A model generated the notes under the pieces. It ran no database searches, was not told the DNA's origin, and saw only the letters and a list, made by a program, of their open reading frames with translations. A program made the translations under genes and the position numbers. Of a stretch of DNA of 64,000 nucleotides, positions 36,756 through 45,490 are shown piece after piece; position 1 is the first letter of the stretch, and each line of letters begins with the position of its first letter. This DNA comes from Candidatus Omnitrophota bacterium (GTDB lineage: Bacteria; Omnitrophota; Gorgyraeia; Zapsychrales; JAHFFX01): positions 1,833-65,832 of the forward strand of contig JAHFFW010000012.1 in assembly GCA_023247725.1 (NCBI GenBank). The letters run 5' to 3'.

Positions 36756-37200
36756 AGAAGGACGCACGGGCTTGATTCGTTGGATCGAGTCGGTTCGGTC
36801 GCAGGGTAGCCCTCACAATACCGTCACGATTATTTTTGATGGCCAGCCGGGAATCGTGAGCCCCCGGCCATCAGGCAGTGTCCAAGTCATTTTTGCCCAA
36901 CGTGAATCGGCCGATGACCGGATCAAGAAAATCGTGGAGTATTCGCCGCGGAAAAAGAGCATCGTGGTCGTGACCGACGACCGGGACATCCGTTATCATG
37001 TCCGATCTCTGGGAGCCGCGATTTTAGGAACCGATGAATTCATCGCTCGGTTACAAAAATCGACGCCCCCGGCGTCCAAAACCGAAAAGACGAAAGCCAA
37101 TGATTCAAAATATATTCCGAAAACCATTGAATTTAAAATCACGACGGAGATGGAAAAACTTTGGATCAAACGCAACCCGGGTTCGGACTCTCTTGGGTGA
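36693..37200 (+). CDS. NYN/YacP-like domain protein (predicted RNase).
   Basis: MYLLDGYNIIG N-terminus, as in the YacP/Rae1 family. Internal start overlaps the preceding gene. Confidence 0.6.
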
Positions 37201-37293
37201 ACCATGACCATAATTCTTTTTCTATCGTGAGCTTCTTAAAGTAAATAGCATTTTCATAATGATTTCTACGGGGTAAAATAGCGGAGTGTCCGC

Positions 37294-38073
37294 ATGAGCG
37301 CATGGCGATCGTTCTTTGTCTACTGTCGGGAAGTGACCTATGGTGCGGGCAATGCCGTTTTCTTTTTGGGCGATGTTCTAAAATTCATCCTGACCGGGAA
37401 AATCCGCTGGTGGGAGGTCTTGACTCAGATTTATCAGCAGGGCGTTGGGTCGGTTTTGATCATTGCCCTGACCTCGCTTGCCACGGGCGCGGTCTTGGCC
37501 CTGCAAGGCTACGTCATGCTCAATCGATTCGGGGCCAAGGAATACGTCGCGCAATTGGTCGCTTTGTCCCTTGTTCGGGAATTGAGTCCGGTCTTTGGTT
37601 CGTTCATCTTCTCTGGAAAGGCGGGAGCGCGTTTGACCGCGGAATTGGGCACGATGAATGTCAACGAGCAAATCGTGGCCACTCGCACTCTGGGGATCGA
37701 TCCAATTGAATTTCTCGTCGTGCCCCGGATGCTGGCCTGTTTTATGGTCTTGCCCATCCTCATCGTATTTTCCGAGACGGTCGGCATTATCGGCGGTTAT
37801 TTTATTGGGGTCCTGGACGCGCATATTCCCAGTTCTTTCTATATTAATCAGACGCTCAAGTGCATCAGTTTTGTGGATTTTTTTAGCGGCTTTATCAAAA
37901 CGTTGTTCTTCGGATTTTTGATCGGCTGGATTTGCTGTTATCAAGGATTTTTTACTCGCGGCGGTTCCATCGGCGTGGGAAATTATACGACGAAGGCCGT
38001 AGCATTGTCTTATATCCTCGTCGTTATTTCTAATACCGTGTTAACAAAAATCATTTTGACGTTTTGGGGATAA
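37294..38073 (+). CDS. mlaE: MlaE-family ABC transporter permease.
   Basis: Conserved MlaE/YrbE pattern ...GVGSVLIIALTSLATGAVLALQGY...ATRTLGIDP. Confidence 0.8.
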   Translation: MSAWRSFFVYCREVTYGAGNAVFFLGDVLKFILTGKIRWWEVLTQIYQQGVGSVLIIALTSLATGAVLALQGYVMLNRFGAKEYVAQLVALSLVRELSPVFGSFIFSGKAGARLTAELGTMNVNEQIVATRTLGIDPIEFLVVPRMLACFMVLPILIVFSETVGIIGGYFIGVLDAHIPSSFYINQTLKCISFVDFFSGFIKTLFFGFLIGWICCYQGFFTRGGSIGVGNYTTKAVALSYILVVISNTVLTKIILTFWG

Positions 38074-38097
38074 CGTGGTCCCGGAAGGAGCCAAGAC

Positions 38098-38430
38098 TTG
38101 GACAAACAATCGGTCAGGATGGGGCTCTTATTGAGCTCGCTCGTTTTCCTCGTTTTGCCGGGCTGTCAGACGACCTCCGGCCAGGCCGCCCTCGAGCAGG
38201 CGAAGCTGGTCACCGAACCCCAATGGATCCGCGAGGGGCGTCCTTTGGAGTTCGAGGGTGAGTATTGGTTTCCCCTGGATGTGATTGAGAATCTTCTGGA
38301 CTCGGAAGTTTATTTTGTGGGGCGCTATGAGGACGAGGAATTTTATGTGGACCGGGCGGATGTCCGTCCGTATAACCGGTTGTACACCCGTTTTGGGAAA
38401 AATAAATACCGGGCCTTTGAAAAAAAGTGA
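38098..38430 (+). CDS. Hypothetical lipoprotein within the mla cluster.
   Basis: Lipobox LVLPGC. Confidence 0.45.
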   Translation: MDKQSVRMGLLLSSLVFLVLPGCQTTSGQAALEQAKLVTEPQWIREGRPLEFEGEYWFPLDVIENLLDSEVYFVGRYEDEEFYVDRADVRPYNRLYTRFGKNKYRAFEKK

Positions 38431-38433
38431 ACC

Positions 38434-39153
38434 ATGATCAGTGTCCGAAATATTGATAAGGAATTCAACGATCAAAAAGTCCTGCGATCCGTCAATCTGG
38501 ATATCCACGACGGGGAAATCCTCGTGATTGTCGGTGCCAGCGGTTCGGGAAAAACGGTTCTTTTGCAGCATTTGATCGGCTTATTAAAACCCGACCGAGG
38601 ATCCATCCTTTTCGATGGAACGGATATTGCCAGGCTTCCGGAGAAAAAGTTGTTGCCGCTGCGAAAAAATATTGGTTATCTGTTTCAAGAAGGGGCCTTA
38701 TATGATTTCATGACTGTTTATGACAATGTGGCCTTCCCGTTGCAGGAACACAGTTCTCTGAGTGAATCCGCGATCAATCAAAAAGTCAAAGATGTTTTAC
38801 GGCTGGTTGGCCTGCAGGCCGCCGAAGAAAAATTTCCATCGCAATTAAGCGGCGGCATGAAAAAGCGCGCCGCCTTGGCCCGCGCGATCATTGCCGATGC
38901 CAAGGTCTTGTTTTGTGATGAACCGACCTCAGGGTTAGATCCCTTGCGCAGCCGGGATATCTGGAATCTCATCCGGGATATCACCAGGACCCTTCATTGC
39001 ACCACCATCATCACGTCGCATGATATTGATAACGCCATGAGGATTGCGGATCGTTTGGCGCTCATTCACGAAGGCAGGATGATTGTCGTCGCTAGTCCTC
39101 AAGAAATCCAAGAATCAAAAGATCCTTTAGTCCGGCAGTTTTTTTCCGAATAA
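38434..39153 (+). CDS. mlaF: MlaF-like ABC transporter ATP-binding protein.
   Basis: Walker A GASGSGKT, signature LSGGMKKRAALARA, Walker B LFCDEPTSGLDP. Confidence 0.8.
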   Translation: MISVRNIDKEFNDQKVLRSVNLDIHDGEILVIVGASGSGKTVLLQHLIGLLKPDRGSILFDGTDIARLPEKKLLPLRKNIGYLFQEGALYDFMTVYDNVAFPLQEHSSLSESAINQKVKDVLRLVGLQAAEEKFPSQLSGGMKKRAALARAIIADAKVLFCDEPTSGLDPLRSRDIWNLIRDITRTLHCTTIITSHDIDNAMRIADRLALIHEGRMIVVASPQEIQESKDPLVRQFFSE

Positions 39154-39166
39154 AAGGAGAAAATCC

Positions 39167-39760
39167 ATGGACAAGAAAGATATCAACCGCAAGATTTGGG
39201 CCGGAACATTTTTTCTGACCGGAATCTTTTTGATTATCTTTGTGGTTCTTGTGATTGGGGTTGAAAAGGGGTTGACCGTCCCCCGCTTTTCCATGCAGAT
39301 CCTTTTTAAGGAAATCGGCGGGCTCGCGGTCGGCGCTCCGGTTAATCTCTCCGGGGTGAATGTCGGCACCGTCGGGTCCATTGATTTCCTCGAGCATGAA
39401 GTGGATGGCCGGGGAGTCTCGGTCACGCTCAATATTTTTCAAAAATATGCGGGACAGATGAAGAAGGCATCGCGCTTCGCCATCAAAACGGCCGGAATTC
39501 TGGGAGAAAAATCAGTCGAAATCAGCCGGGACTTTGATAATATTCCCCTTGACCTGGCTCAGCCCATAATCGGTGAAGATCCGTTGGATGTGCAAGACTT
39601 GGCCAAGATTTTTGGCGACACCGCCATAGCCCTGCAACAAACCTCTGAAGTTGTTCATTCCATTGTCACCGAAATGCAAAATATTTCGATCACAACCAAA
39701 CGGTTGCTCAACCGGATCGAACAAAGGATCATCGAAGGCAATCTGTTTAAGGTTTTTTAG
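39167..39760 (+). CDS. mlaD: MCE-domain protein (MlaD-like).
   Basis: N-terminal TM helix followed by an MCE domain (GLAVGAPVNLSGVNVGTVGSI). Confidence 0.7.
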   Translation: MDKKDINRKIWAGTFFLTGIFLIIFVVLVIGVEKGLTVPRFSMQILFKEIGGLAVGAPVNLSGVNVGTVGSIDFLEHEVDGRGVSVTLNIFQKYAGQMKKASRFAIKTAGILGEKSVEISRDFDNIPLDLAQPIIGEDPLDVQDLAKIFGDTAIALQQTSEVVHSIVTEMQNISITTKRLLNRIEQRIIEGNLFKVF

Positions 39761-39776
39761 GGAAGCGATCACGCCC

Positions 39777-40856
39777 ATGAATTTTTCCGAAATATTGGTT
39801 TCCCCCTGGATCTACATTCCACTTTTTTACGTGAGCTGGGTGATTCTGTTTTTGCTCATGAAGAGTATCCTTTTTCGCTTCCTGAAACGGGTAACCCAGT
39901 ACACGTCTTCTCCGATTGATGATATTTTTTTGGAGGCCGCCCGCTTTCCGGTCGTCATCTTGATCTTTGCCAGCGGCGGGGTGGTGGTTGAAAAGATGCT
40001 GCCTTGGGCCAATCCGTCGGCGAATTCCTTTTTACTGGTTTTTAAGGCCATGACGATTGTGGCGGCGGTTATTTTTGTCGAGCGCTTTATGATGGGACTC
40101 ATCCGAATCTATTCGGAAAGGATTGATATCTTGCGCAGTTCCGGAGCCATTGCGAAGGGAACGCTCCGCGCGATCATTTACGCTTTGGGCTTATTGGCCC
40201 TCATGGACAGTTTTGGAATTTCCATTACCCCGGCCTTGGCTTCTTTGGGGATTGGGTCTTTGGCCGTTGCTTTGAGCTTGCAGCCGACGATGGAAAATTT
40301 TTTTGCCGGTATCCAACTGGTCGTTGACAAACAAATACAGGTGGGACAATTCATTAAACTCGAATCCGGCGAGGAAGGCTATGTCCATTCGATTGGCTGG
40401 CGCTCCACGTGGGTGCGTTTATTGCCCAATCATATGGTGATTATCCCCAATAAAATTTTGACCAATACCCGGATTACCAATTATGATTATCCGGAACCGG
40501 AGGTGGCCGTGTTGGTGGAGGTCGGGGTGCATTATTCTTCGGATCTGGATTTTGTGGAGAAGGTCACCCTTGAGGTTGCTCGGGAAGTGATGAAAGATAT
40601 CAAAGGCGGCGTCGAGAATTTTGCACCGCTCATCCGGTATCACAACTTTGCCGATTTTAGTATCAACTTCACCGTTGTTTTGCGGGCCCGGGAATTTGTC
40701 GACGGTTATCTCATCAAGCACGAATTTATCAAAAGGCTGCACAAGCGCTATGCCAAGGAAGGGATCATCATTCCGTATCCCATTGAAGCGGTCAATCTGA
40801 CGCAGGAAGAGGCGGCCGCGCAAAAATATTATAAAACCAGCCGAAGCGCGCTTTGA
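39777..40856 (+). CDS. Mechanosensitive ion channel (MscS family).
   Basis: Three TM helices plus MscS beta-domain pattern (GEEGYVHSIGWRSTWVR...IPN). Confidence 0.7.
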   Translation: MNFSEILVSPWIYIPLFYVSWVILFLLMKSILFRFLKRVTQYTSSPIDDIFLEAARFPVVILIFASGGVVVEKMLPWANPSANSFLLVFKAMTIVAAVIFVERFMMGLIRIYSERIDILRSSGAIAKGTLRAIIYALGLLALMDSFGISITPALASLGIGSLAVALSLQPTMENFFAGIQLVVDKQIQVGQFIKLESGEEGYVHSIGWRSTWVRLLPNHMVIIPNKILTNTRITNYDYPEPEVAVLVEVGVHYSSDLDFVEKVTLEVAREVMKDIKGGVENFAPLIRYHNFADFSINFTVVLRAREFVDGYLIKHEFIKRLHKRYAKEGIIIPYPIEAVNLTQEEAAAQKYYKTSRSAL

Positions 40857-40916
40857 TTTTTTTTAGGAGAATGGGCTCAAAGGCTCTTTGCGTTATGGCC
40901 GGCAAGAAAGGTTCAA

Positions 40917-41210
40917 ATGTTCGTCTTTGGAAATTTTATTGTGACGATGGCGCGGCTTTTGGATATTCTGCTGCTCGCCATGTTCTGGCTCATTTTGATC
41001 CGGGCGCTCATTAGCTGGGTGAACCCCGATCCTTTTAACGCGATCGTTCAATTCTTGTACCGGGCGACCGACCCATTGCTGGAACCGATCCGCCGGCGGC
41101 TGCCTTTAATGCCTTTGGATATTTCTCCGATGATTGTGATTTTGGGAATCTGGTTCTTGCGAAATTTTTTGATTGCAAGCTTATTGGAAATCGGCTATCG
41201 TATGCAGTGA
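40917..41210 (+). CDS. yggT: YggT family membrane protein.
   Basis: WVNPDPFNAIVQFLYRATDPLLEPIRR motif. Confidence 0.75.
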   Translation: MFVFGNFIVTMARLLDILLLAMFWLILIRALISWVNPDPFNAIVQFLYRATDPLLEPIRRRLPLMPLDISPMIVILGIWFLRNFLIASLLEIGYRMQ

Positions 41211-41270
41211 ATTTTTTCAGAAAAATTCGGTGCCATCAAATTGAAAGAGTCAACGAAAAGGGCGTAGCCT

Positions 41271-41567
41271 ATGCTTGATAAGATGAAAGAATTGATGGAA
41301 ATGAAAAGACAAGCGGACGAGCTCAAAAAAGAGCTCGATGCCTCCTCAGTTGAGGTGGCTGACGTTCGCGGGATTACGCTGACGATCAACGGTTCGCAGT
41401 ACATTCAGGCCGTTACCCTGGAAGAGGCAATGCTCAGTCCGGCCAATAAGAAAAGGCTGGAAAGCGATCTATTAAGGGCCTTTAATACGGCAGTGAAAAG
41501 ATCGCAGGAGCTGGCGGCCAAGAAGATGAGGTCCATGCCCGGATTTAACCTTCCCGGATTTTCGTAA
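41271..41567 (+). CDS. ybaB: Nucleoid-associated protein YbaB/EbfC.
   Basis: MMEMKRQADELKKEL...VEVADVRGITLTINGSQ. ~98 aa. Confidence 0.8.
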   Translation: MLDKMKELMEMKRQADELKKELDASSVEVADVRGITLTINGSQYIQAVTLEEAMLSPANKKRLESDLLRAFNTAVKRSQELAAKKMRSMPGFNLPGFS

Positions 41568-41671
41568 AACCAGTCAAGCTCTTGAGCGCTGAAAAAAGGT
41601 CAGTGTGTTTTTGGAATCAGCGGCTTTTTTTTGTTGTGATCCATGGATAGGAGAAATCAATAGGAGGCCCT

Positions 41672-41905
41672 ATGCCGTACGACAAGTCATTGGACAAGGA
41701 ATCGTTTAAAGAAATGCGCGAATTCGCCGATACCCGGATCACGATCGGGGTCTATTCCTATAACGGAGGCGAGAAAAAATTGCAAATTTCCCGGGAAAAT
41801 AAGGATCAGAATGAAGAGTGGCGTTTTGCCAAACTGGGGCGAATGAATAAGGCCGAGGCCAAAGAGATTGTTCCGCTCCTCATGAAGGCCGTGGAAAATA
41901 TGTAA
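41672..41905 (+). CDS. PC4-like (YdbC family) ssDNA-binding protein.
   Basis: VYSYNGGEKKLQISRE...WRFAKLGRMNKAEAKEIVPLL resembles bacterial PC4-like proteins. Confidence 0.45.
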   Translation: MPYDKSLDKESFKEMREFADTRITIGVYSYNGGEKKLQISRENKDQNEEWRFAKLGRMNKAEAKEIVPLLMKAVENM

Positions 41906-41942
41906 AAAATGGTCGTCCCTCGTCAGGCAGGAGGATCAGGCA

Positions 41943-42416
41943 ATGCCGGAAGTTTATTTGACCCGCCAGGGTTTCGAAAAGTTGCGGGAAGATTTGGAGC
42001 GGTTAAAAACGGTGGAACGGCGCCGGATCTCCAAGGCGATCGAAGAGGCCCGTCAACAGGGCGATATTTCCGAGAATGCCGAATACGATGCCGCCAAAGA
42101 CGCGCAGGCCCATTGTGAAAAAAGGATCGCGGACCTGGAGGCCAAGCTCGTGCAGGTGCGGATCATTGAAAACGAAAATATTCCCAAGGATAAAATTTTC
42201 ATCGGCGCCATCGTGACGTTAAAAGACTTGGAGACCGACGAAGAAATCAAATATATGCTGGTCAGCCCCGAAGAATCCAACTACGAAGAAAATAAGATTT
42301 CCATCCTTTCGCCCATTGGAAAAGGCCTCATGGGCCACGAAGCCGGCAAAATCCTTGAGATCAAGGTCCCGGCCGGAACTCTCCGATACAAAATCCTAAA
42401 AATCGAACGGCCGTGA
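41943..42416 (+). CDS. greA: Transcription elongation factor GreA.
   Basis: ENAEYDAAKDAQA coiled-coil region and C-terminal FKBP-like domain. Confidence 0.9.
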   Translation: MPEVYLTRQGFEKLREDLERLKTVERRRISKAIEEARQQGDISENAEYDAAKDAQAHCEKRIADLEAKLVQVRIIENENIPKDKIFIGAIVTLKDLETDEEIKYMLVSPEESNYEENKISILSPIGKGLMGHEAGKILEIKVPAGTLRYKILKIERP

Positions 42417-42852
42417 TTATTGCATCGATTAAAATCGTGGGACGAAAACAGCGCAATCAAAAGATTTTATGTGTTGGCGCTCCACTTTAAAAAACCGAAT
42501 GCCTATTTGGCACAGTCTGCTTGTGGCCAGTCTGAATTACCGATCAGTTAAAACCTGATCACCGGTTTCTGGTCACGGGTCACTCCCGAACGGTCTTTAT
42601 AATTGAGTTGACTAAGCACACTTACTTTATTAAACAGCGTAGTTGAGATTCCCATCTTGCAAATCTTTTCCCGCTGACTATACTTATAGCTAGGAGAAAA
42701 TACTATGGGTGATGTATATTTTCAAAGATCTGGTCGGCTATTCGCTAGACCTTCATTATCGTCAAGCAACAACCATCCAAGCTGCTCACCATTCGGGTCC
42801 CCTTCCGCCGCCAGCCAACACTTGGAGTTATATTTGCCTTGCAGGAGACCAT

Positions 42853-43086
42853 ATGATCAAACCTTCCAAAACGATCAATGTACGCATTCCCGCGGAGTTG
42901 CAAAAGGAGCTTTTGGTCATCAGCCGCCAGGAGAAAATTCCCGTTAGTGACCTTGTGCGTGAGTCTTTGCACGAATTTCTGGCAGTCCGACGCTTTCGGC
43001 AACTGCGCAAGCAGACATTGTCCTTTGCCGAGGTCCAGGGATTGGGCAGCGATGAGGATATCCTTCGTCTAAAGTCAGGAAGGTGA
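42853..43086 (+). CDS. Ribbon-helix-helix antitoxin (VapB/CopG-like).
   Basis: ATG at 42853 after an AGGAG RBS. KTINVRIPAELQKELLVISRQEKIPVSDLVRESLHEFL RHH fold. Overlaps the downstream PIN gene. Confidence 0.65.
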   Translation: MIKPSKTINVRIPAELQKELLVISRQEKIPVSDLVRESLHEFLAVRRFRQLRKQTLSFAEVQGLGSDEDILRLKSGR

Positions 43087-43499
43087 TTTTGGATGCCAAT
43101 GTCATCGTAGCGGCCTTCGCGGGTCGGGGCTTGTGCGCCGAAGTTTTCGAGGTTTGCTTGAAAGAATGCGAAATTATCCTTGAAGACGACCTTATTAACG
43201 AAATTGAAAGCACTTTTCAAAGAAAAATTAAGCTTCCGGCTGAGAAGACGAGTAGCATCCTGCAATTTATCCTAACACAAGCCCGCATCATCAAACCAAA
43301 CATAAAAGAAAAGCTGGTCTGCCGCGATCCATCCGATATCCAGGTGTTGGCCGCAGCCCTTGAAACCAAAGCGGATGTCATTATTACCGGAGACGAAGAC
43401 TTGTTGATCCTCAAGAAAATTGGGACAACGGCCATCATCACTCCGCGCCAATTTTGGGATCTTATGGCGGGCAGAAAAAAAGCTAGACAGAAGTTCTAA
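43083..43499 (+). CDS. PIN-domain toxin (VapC-like).
   Basis: GTG start overlaps the antitoxin stop. Acidic PIN residues: MILDANV, RDPSD, TGDEDL. Confidence 0.6.
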   Translation: MILDANVIVAAFAGRGLCAEVFEVCLKECEIILEDDLINEIESTFQRKIKLPAEKTSSILQFILTQARIIKPNIKEKLVCRDPSDIQVLAAALETKADVIITGDEDLLILKKIGTTAIITPRQFWDLMAGRKKARQKF

Positions 43500-43544
43500 A
43501 GCGAAAACCAAGATTTCATTCAAAATGAATTCAAGGGGAGAATC

Positions 43545-43934
43545 ATGATGCCTTCCATCTTTACCAGGATCCTGAACGGAGAAATTCCCTGCCAAAAAAT
43601 TGCCGAGGATGAGCGGTTCTTTGCGTTCCTTGACATCCGGCCGATTCACGCGGGCCATACGCTCGTTATTCCGAAAGAGGAGATTGATTACATTTTTGAT
43701 ATGGACGACCCATTGCTCGGCGATATGATGGTCTTTGCCAAAAAAGTCGCGCGTAGGATCAAGAAGGCCATTTCCTGCCAGAGGATCGGCGTCATGGTCG
43801 CGGGCATCGAAGTTCCTCACGCCCATATTCACCTCGTGCCCATCAGTTCCGTGGCGGATTTGAGTTTTGCCAAGGCCAAACCCGCATCGCCGGAAGAATT
43901 GGCGAAGGTCGCGGAACTCATCCGCAAGGCTTAA
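43545..43934 (+). CDS. HIT-family (histidine triad) hydrolase.
   Basis: HAHIHLVP triad. AGGGGAG RBS. Confidence 0.85.
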   Translation: MMPSIFTRILNGEIPCQKIAEDERFFAFLDIRPIHAGHTLVIPKEEIDYIFDMDDPLLGDMMVFAKKVARRIKKAISCQRIGVMVAGIEVPHAHIHLVPISSVADLSFAKAKPASPEELAKVAELIRKA

Positions 43935-44125
43935 ACAAATTCTGAGAGACCAGCGATCATTTTTTCGTTAGCCGGTTACGGCGACGATGCCCGTATCGTT
44001 TATCGGTAACGTTGATCGTGGGCAATAGACGAATAACGTCAACGTGACCGAAACGGGCTTCTTTACCATAACCGAACGACGTGACTGTCCAAAGATACGC
44101 TGTTGCTGAATACCAGGATAAGTTT

Positions 44126-44878
44126 ATGAGAATCATTTCATGGAATGTCAATGGCATCCGTTCGGTTTTGCAAAAAGGATTTTTGCAATTCCTCAAGAAG
44201 GAAAAACCCGATATCCTTTGCCTGCAGGAAACGAAGACCGGCAAAGGCGGCGTTGAACTGATCACCCCGGGCTATGAGCAATTCTGGAATCATGCGAAAC
44301 GCCCCGGCTATTCGGGCACCGCCATCTTTACTAAAATTAAACCCTTGTCCGTGAAGAATGATATGGGAATCAGCTTGCACGACACCGAGGGCCGTTTGAT
44401 CACGATGGAGCTGAACGATTTTTATCTCGTCAATGTCTACATCCCCAATTCCAAACGGGATTTGTCGCGCCTCGACTACCGGAGCGAACAATGGGACCGG
44501 GATTTCTTAAAGTACTGTAAAACCCTCGAGAAGAAAAAGCCGGTCTTGTTTTGCGGAGATATGAACGTGGCGCACAAGGAAATCGATCTGACGTATCCGA
44601 AGGCCAACGTCAAGAACCACGGATTCACCCCGCAGGAACGCGCCGGTTTCGATAAGATCATCGAAGCCGGGTTCATTGACACGTTCCGGGAATTTTGCCA
44701 GGAACCAGGACGCTACACCTGGTGGAGCCGGTTTGCCAACTGCCGGGCGAGGAACATCGGCTGGCGGATCGATTATTTTTGCACGAGCAAATCCTTCCGG
44801 CCATGGCTCAGGGACAGTTTTATCTTGAAGGATGTCATGGGCTCGGATCATTGTCCGATTGGGATTGAGATTGTGTAA
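44126..44878 (+). CDS. xth: Exodeoxyribonuclease III.
   Basis: MRIISWNVNGIRS, LCLQETK and SDHCPI motifs. 250 aa. Confidence 0.85.
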   Translation: MRIISWNVNGIRSVLQKGFLQFLKKEKPDILCLQETKTGKGGVELITPGYEQFWNHAKRPGYSGTAIFTKIKPLSVKNDMGISLHDTEGRLITMELNDFYLVNVYIPNSKRDLSRLDYRSEQWDRDFLKYCKTLEKKKPVLFCGDMNVAHKEIDLTYPKANVKNHGFTPQERAGFDKIIEAGFIDTFREFCQEPGRYTWWSRFANCRARNIGWRIDYFCTSKSFRPWLRDSFILKDVMGSDHCPIGIEIV

Positions 44879-44881
44879 AAG

Positions 44882-45307
44882 ATGCGGGGTAGCGGAGGCA
44901 CCGGCTGGCCGTCAGAGCGGACCGGTGCCTCCGCCGCCCGGGGATTGATAAAATTGACGCCAGTTCGAATAAGACAACGGCTGGTTGGGACTCTGGTCAT
45001 GGGCCTCACTTTGAGTGCATTTTCCTTTGTCCATGCCGCCCGTCGAGATTTCAAGGGTACGATCGCGGCGGTTAACCTCACCGATCCGATGCAGGAGGAG
45101 CGTTACGACCTGGCCGTGATTGAGGTCCAGGATGGTGTGGGGGAGGCGAAAATTTTTGTCGTGAACTTGGATACGCACATCAAGGATCCGATGTGGCGCG
45201 ACGCCTACGTCGGTTATTTGCACAAGGGCATACGGGTGGACATCGAGTACGAAACGCCCAGGGAGGGAAACCTCATCGCGCGCAGGGTTCTGGTTAAAGC
45301 AGAATAA
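44882..45307 (+). CDS. Hypothetical small secreted protein; the start is uncertain.
   Basis: Internal hydrophobic segment LVGTLVMGLTLSAFSFVHAA suggests a signal peptide. No domain recognised. Confidence 0.35.
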   Translation: MRGSGGTGWPSERTGASAARGLIKLTPVRIRQRLVGTLVMGLTLSAFSFVHAARRDFKGTIAAVNLTDPMQEERYDLAVIEVQDGVGEAKIFVVNLDTHIKDPMWRDAYVGYLHKGIRVDIEYETPREGNLIARRVLVKAE

Positions 45308-45490
45308 TTTTTGGGGAAAAACGAACCAACGTCAAATTTCTCCCGAAAAGAAACTAAACCACAAACGCGGCGTAGGTAAAAAGATTTCCAGTAGAAAAGT
45401 TGCCACGTGGCCACTTTTCTCCCGACGGTAGCTTTCCTCTTCAAAATATACTATAATGAAAATCGTTTTTAAGATCCAACGATTGAGCCT

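Noticed and set aside
43957-44265. 102-aa minus-strand ORF.
   Set aside because: It overlaps the well-supported xth gene start and the HIT-xth spacer, and has no domain. It is likely spurious. The spacer itself (43940-44125) was inspected for RNA genes but nothing convincing was found.
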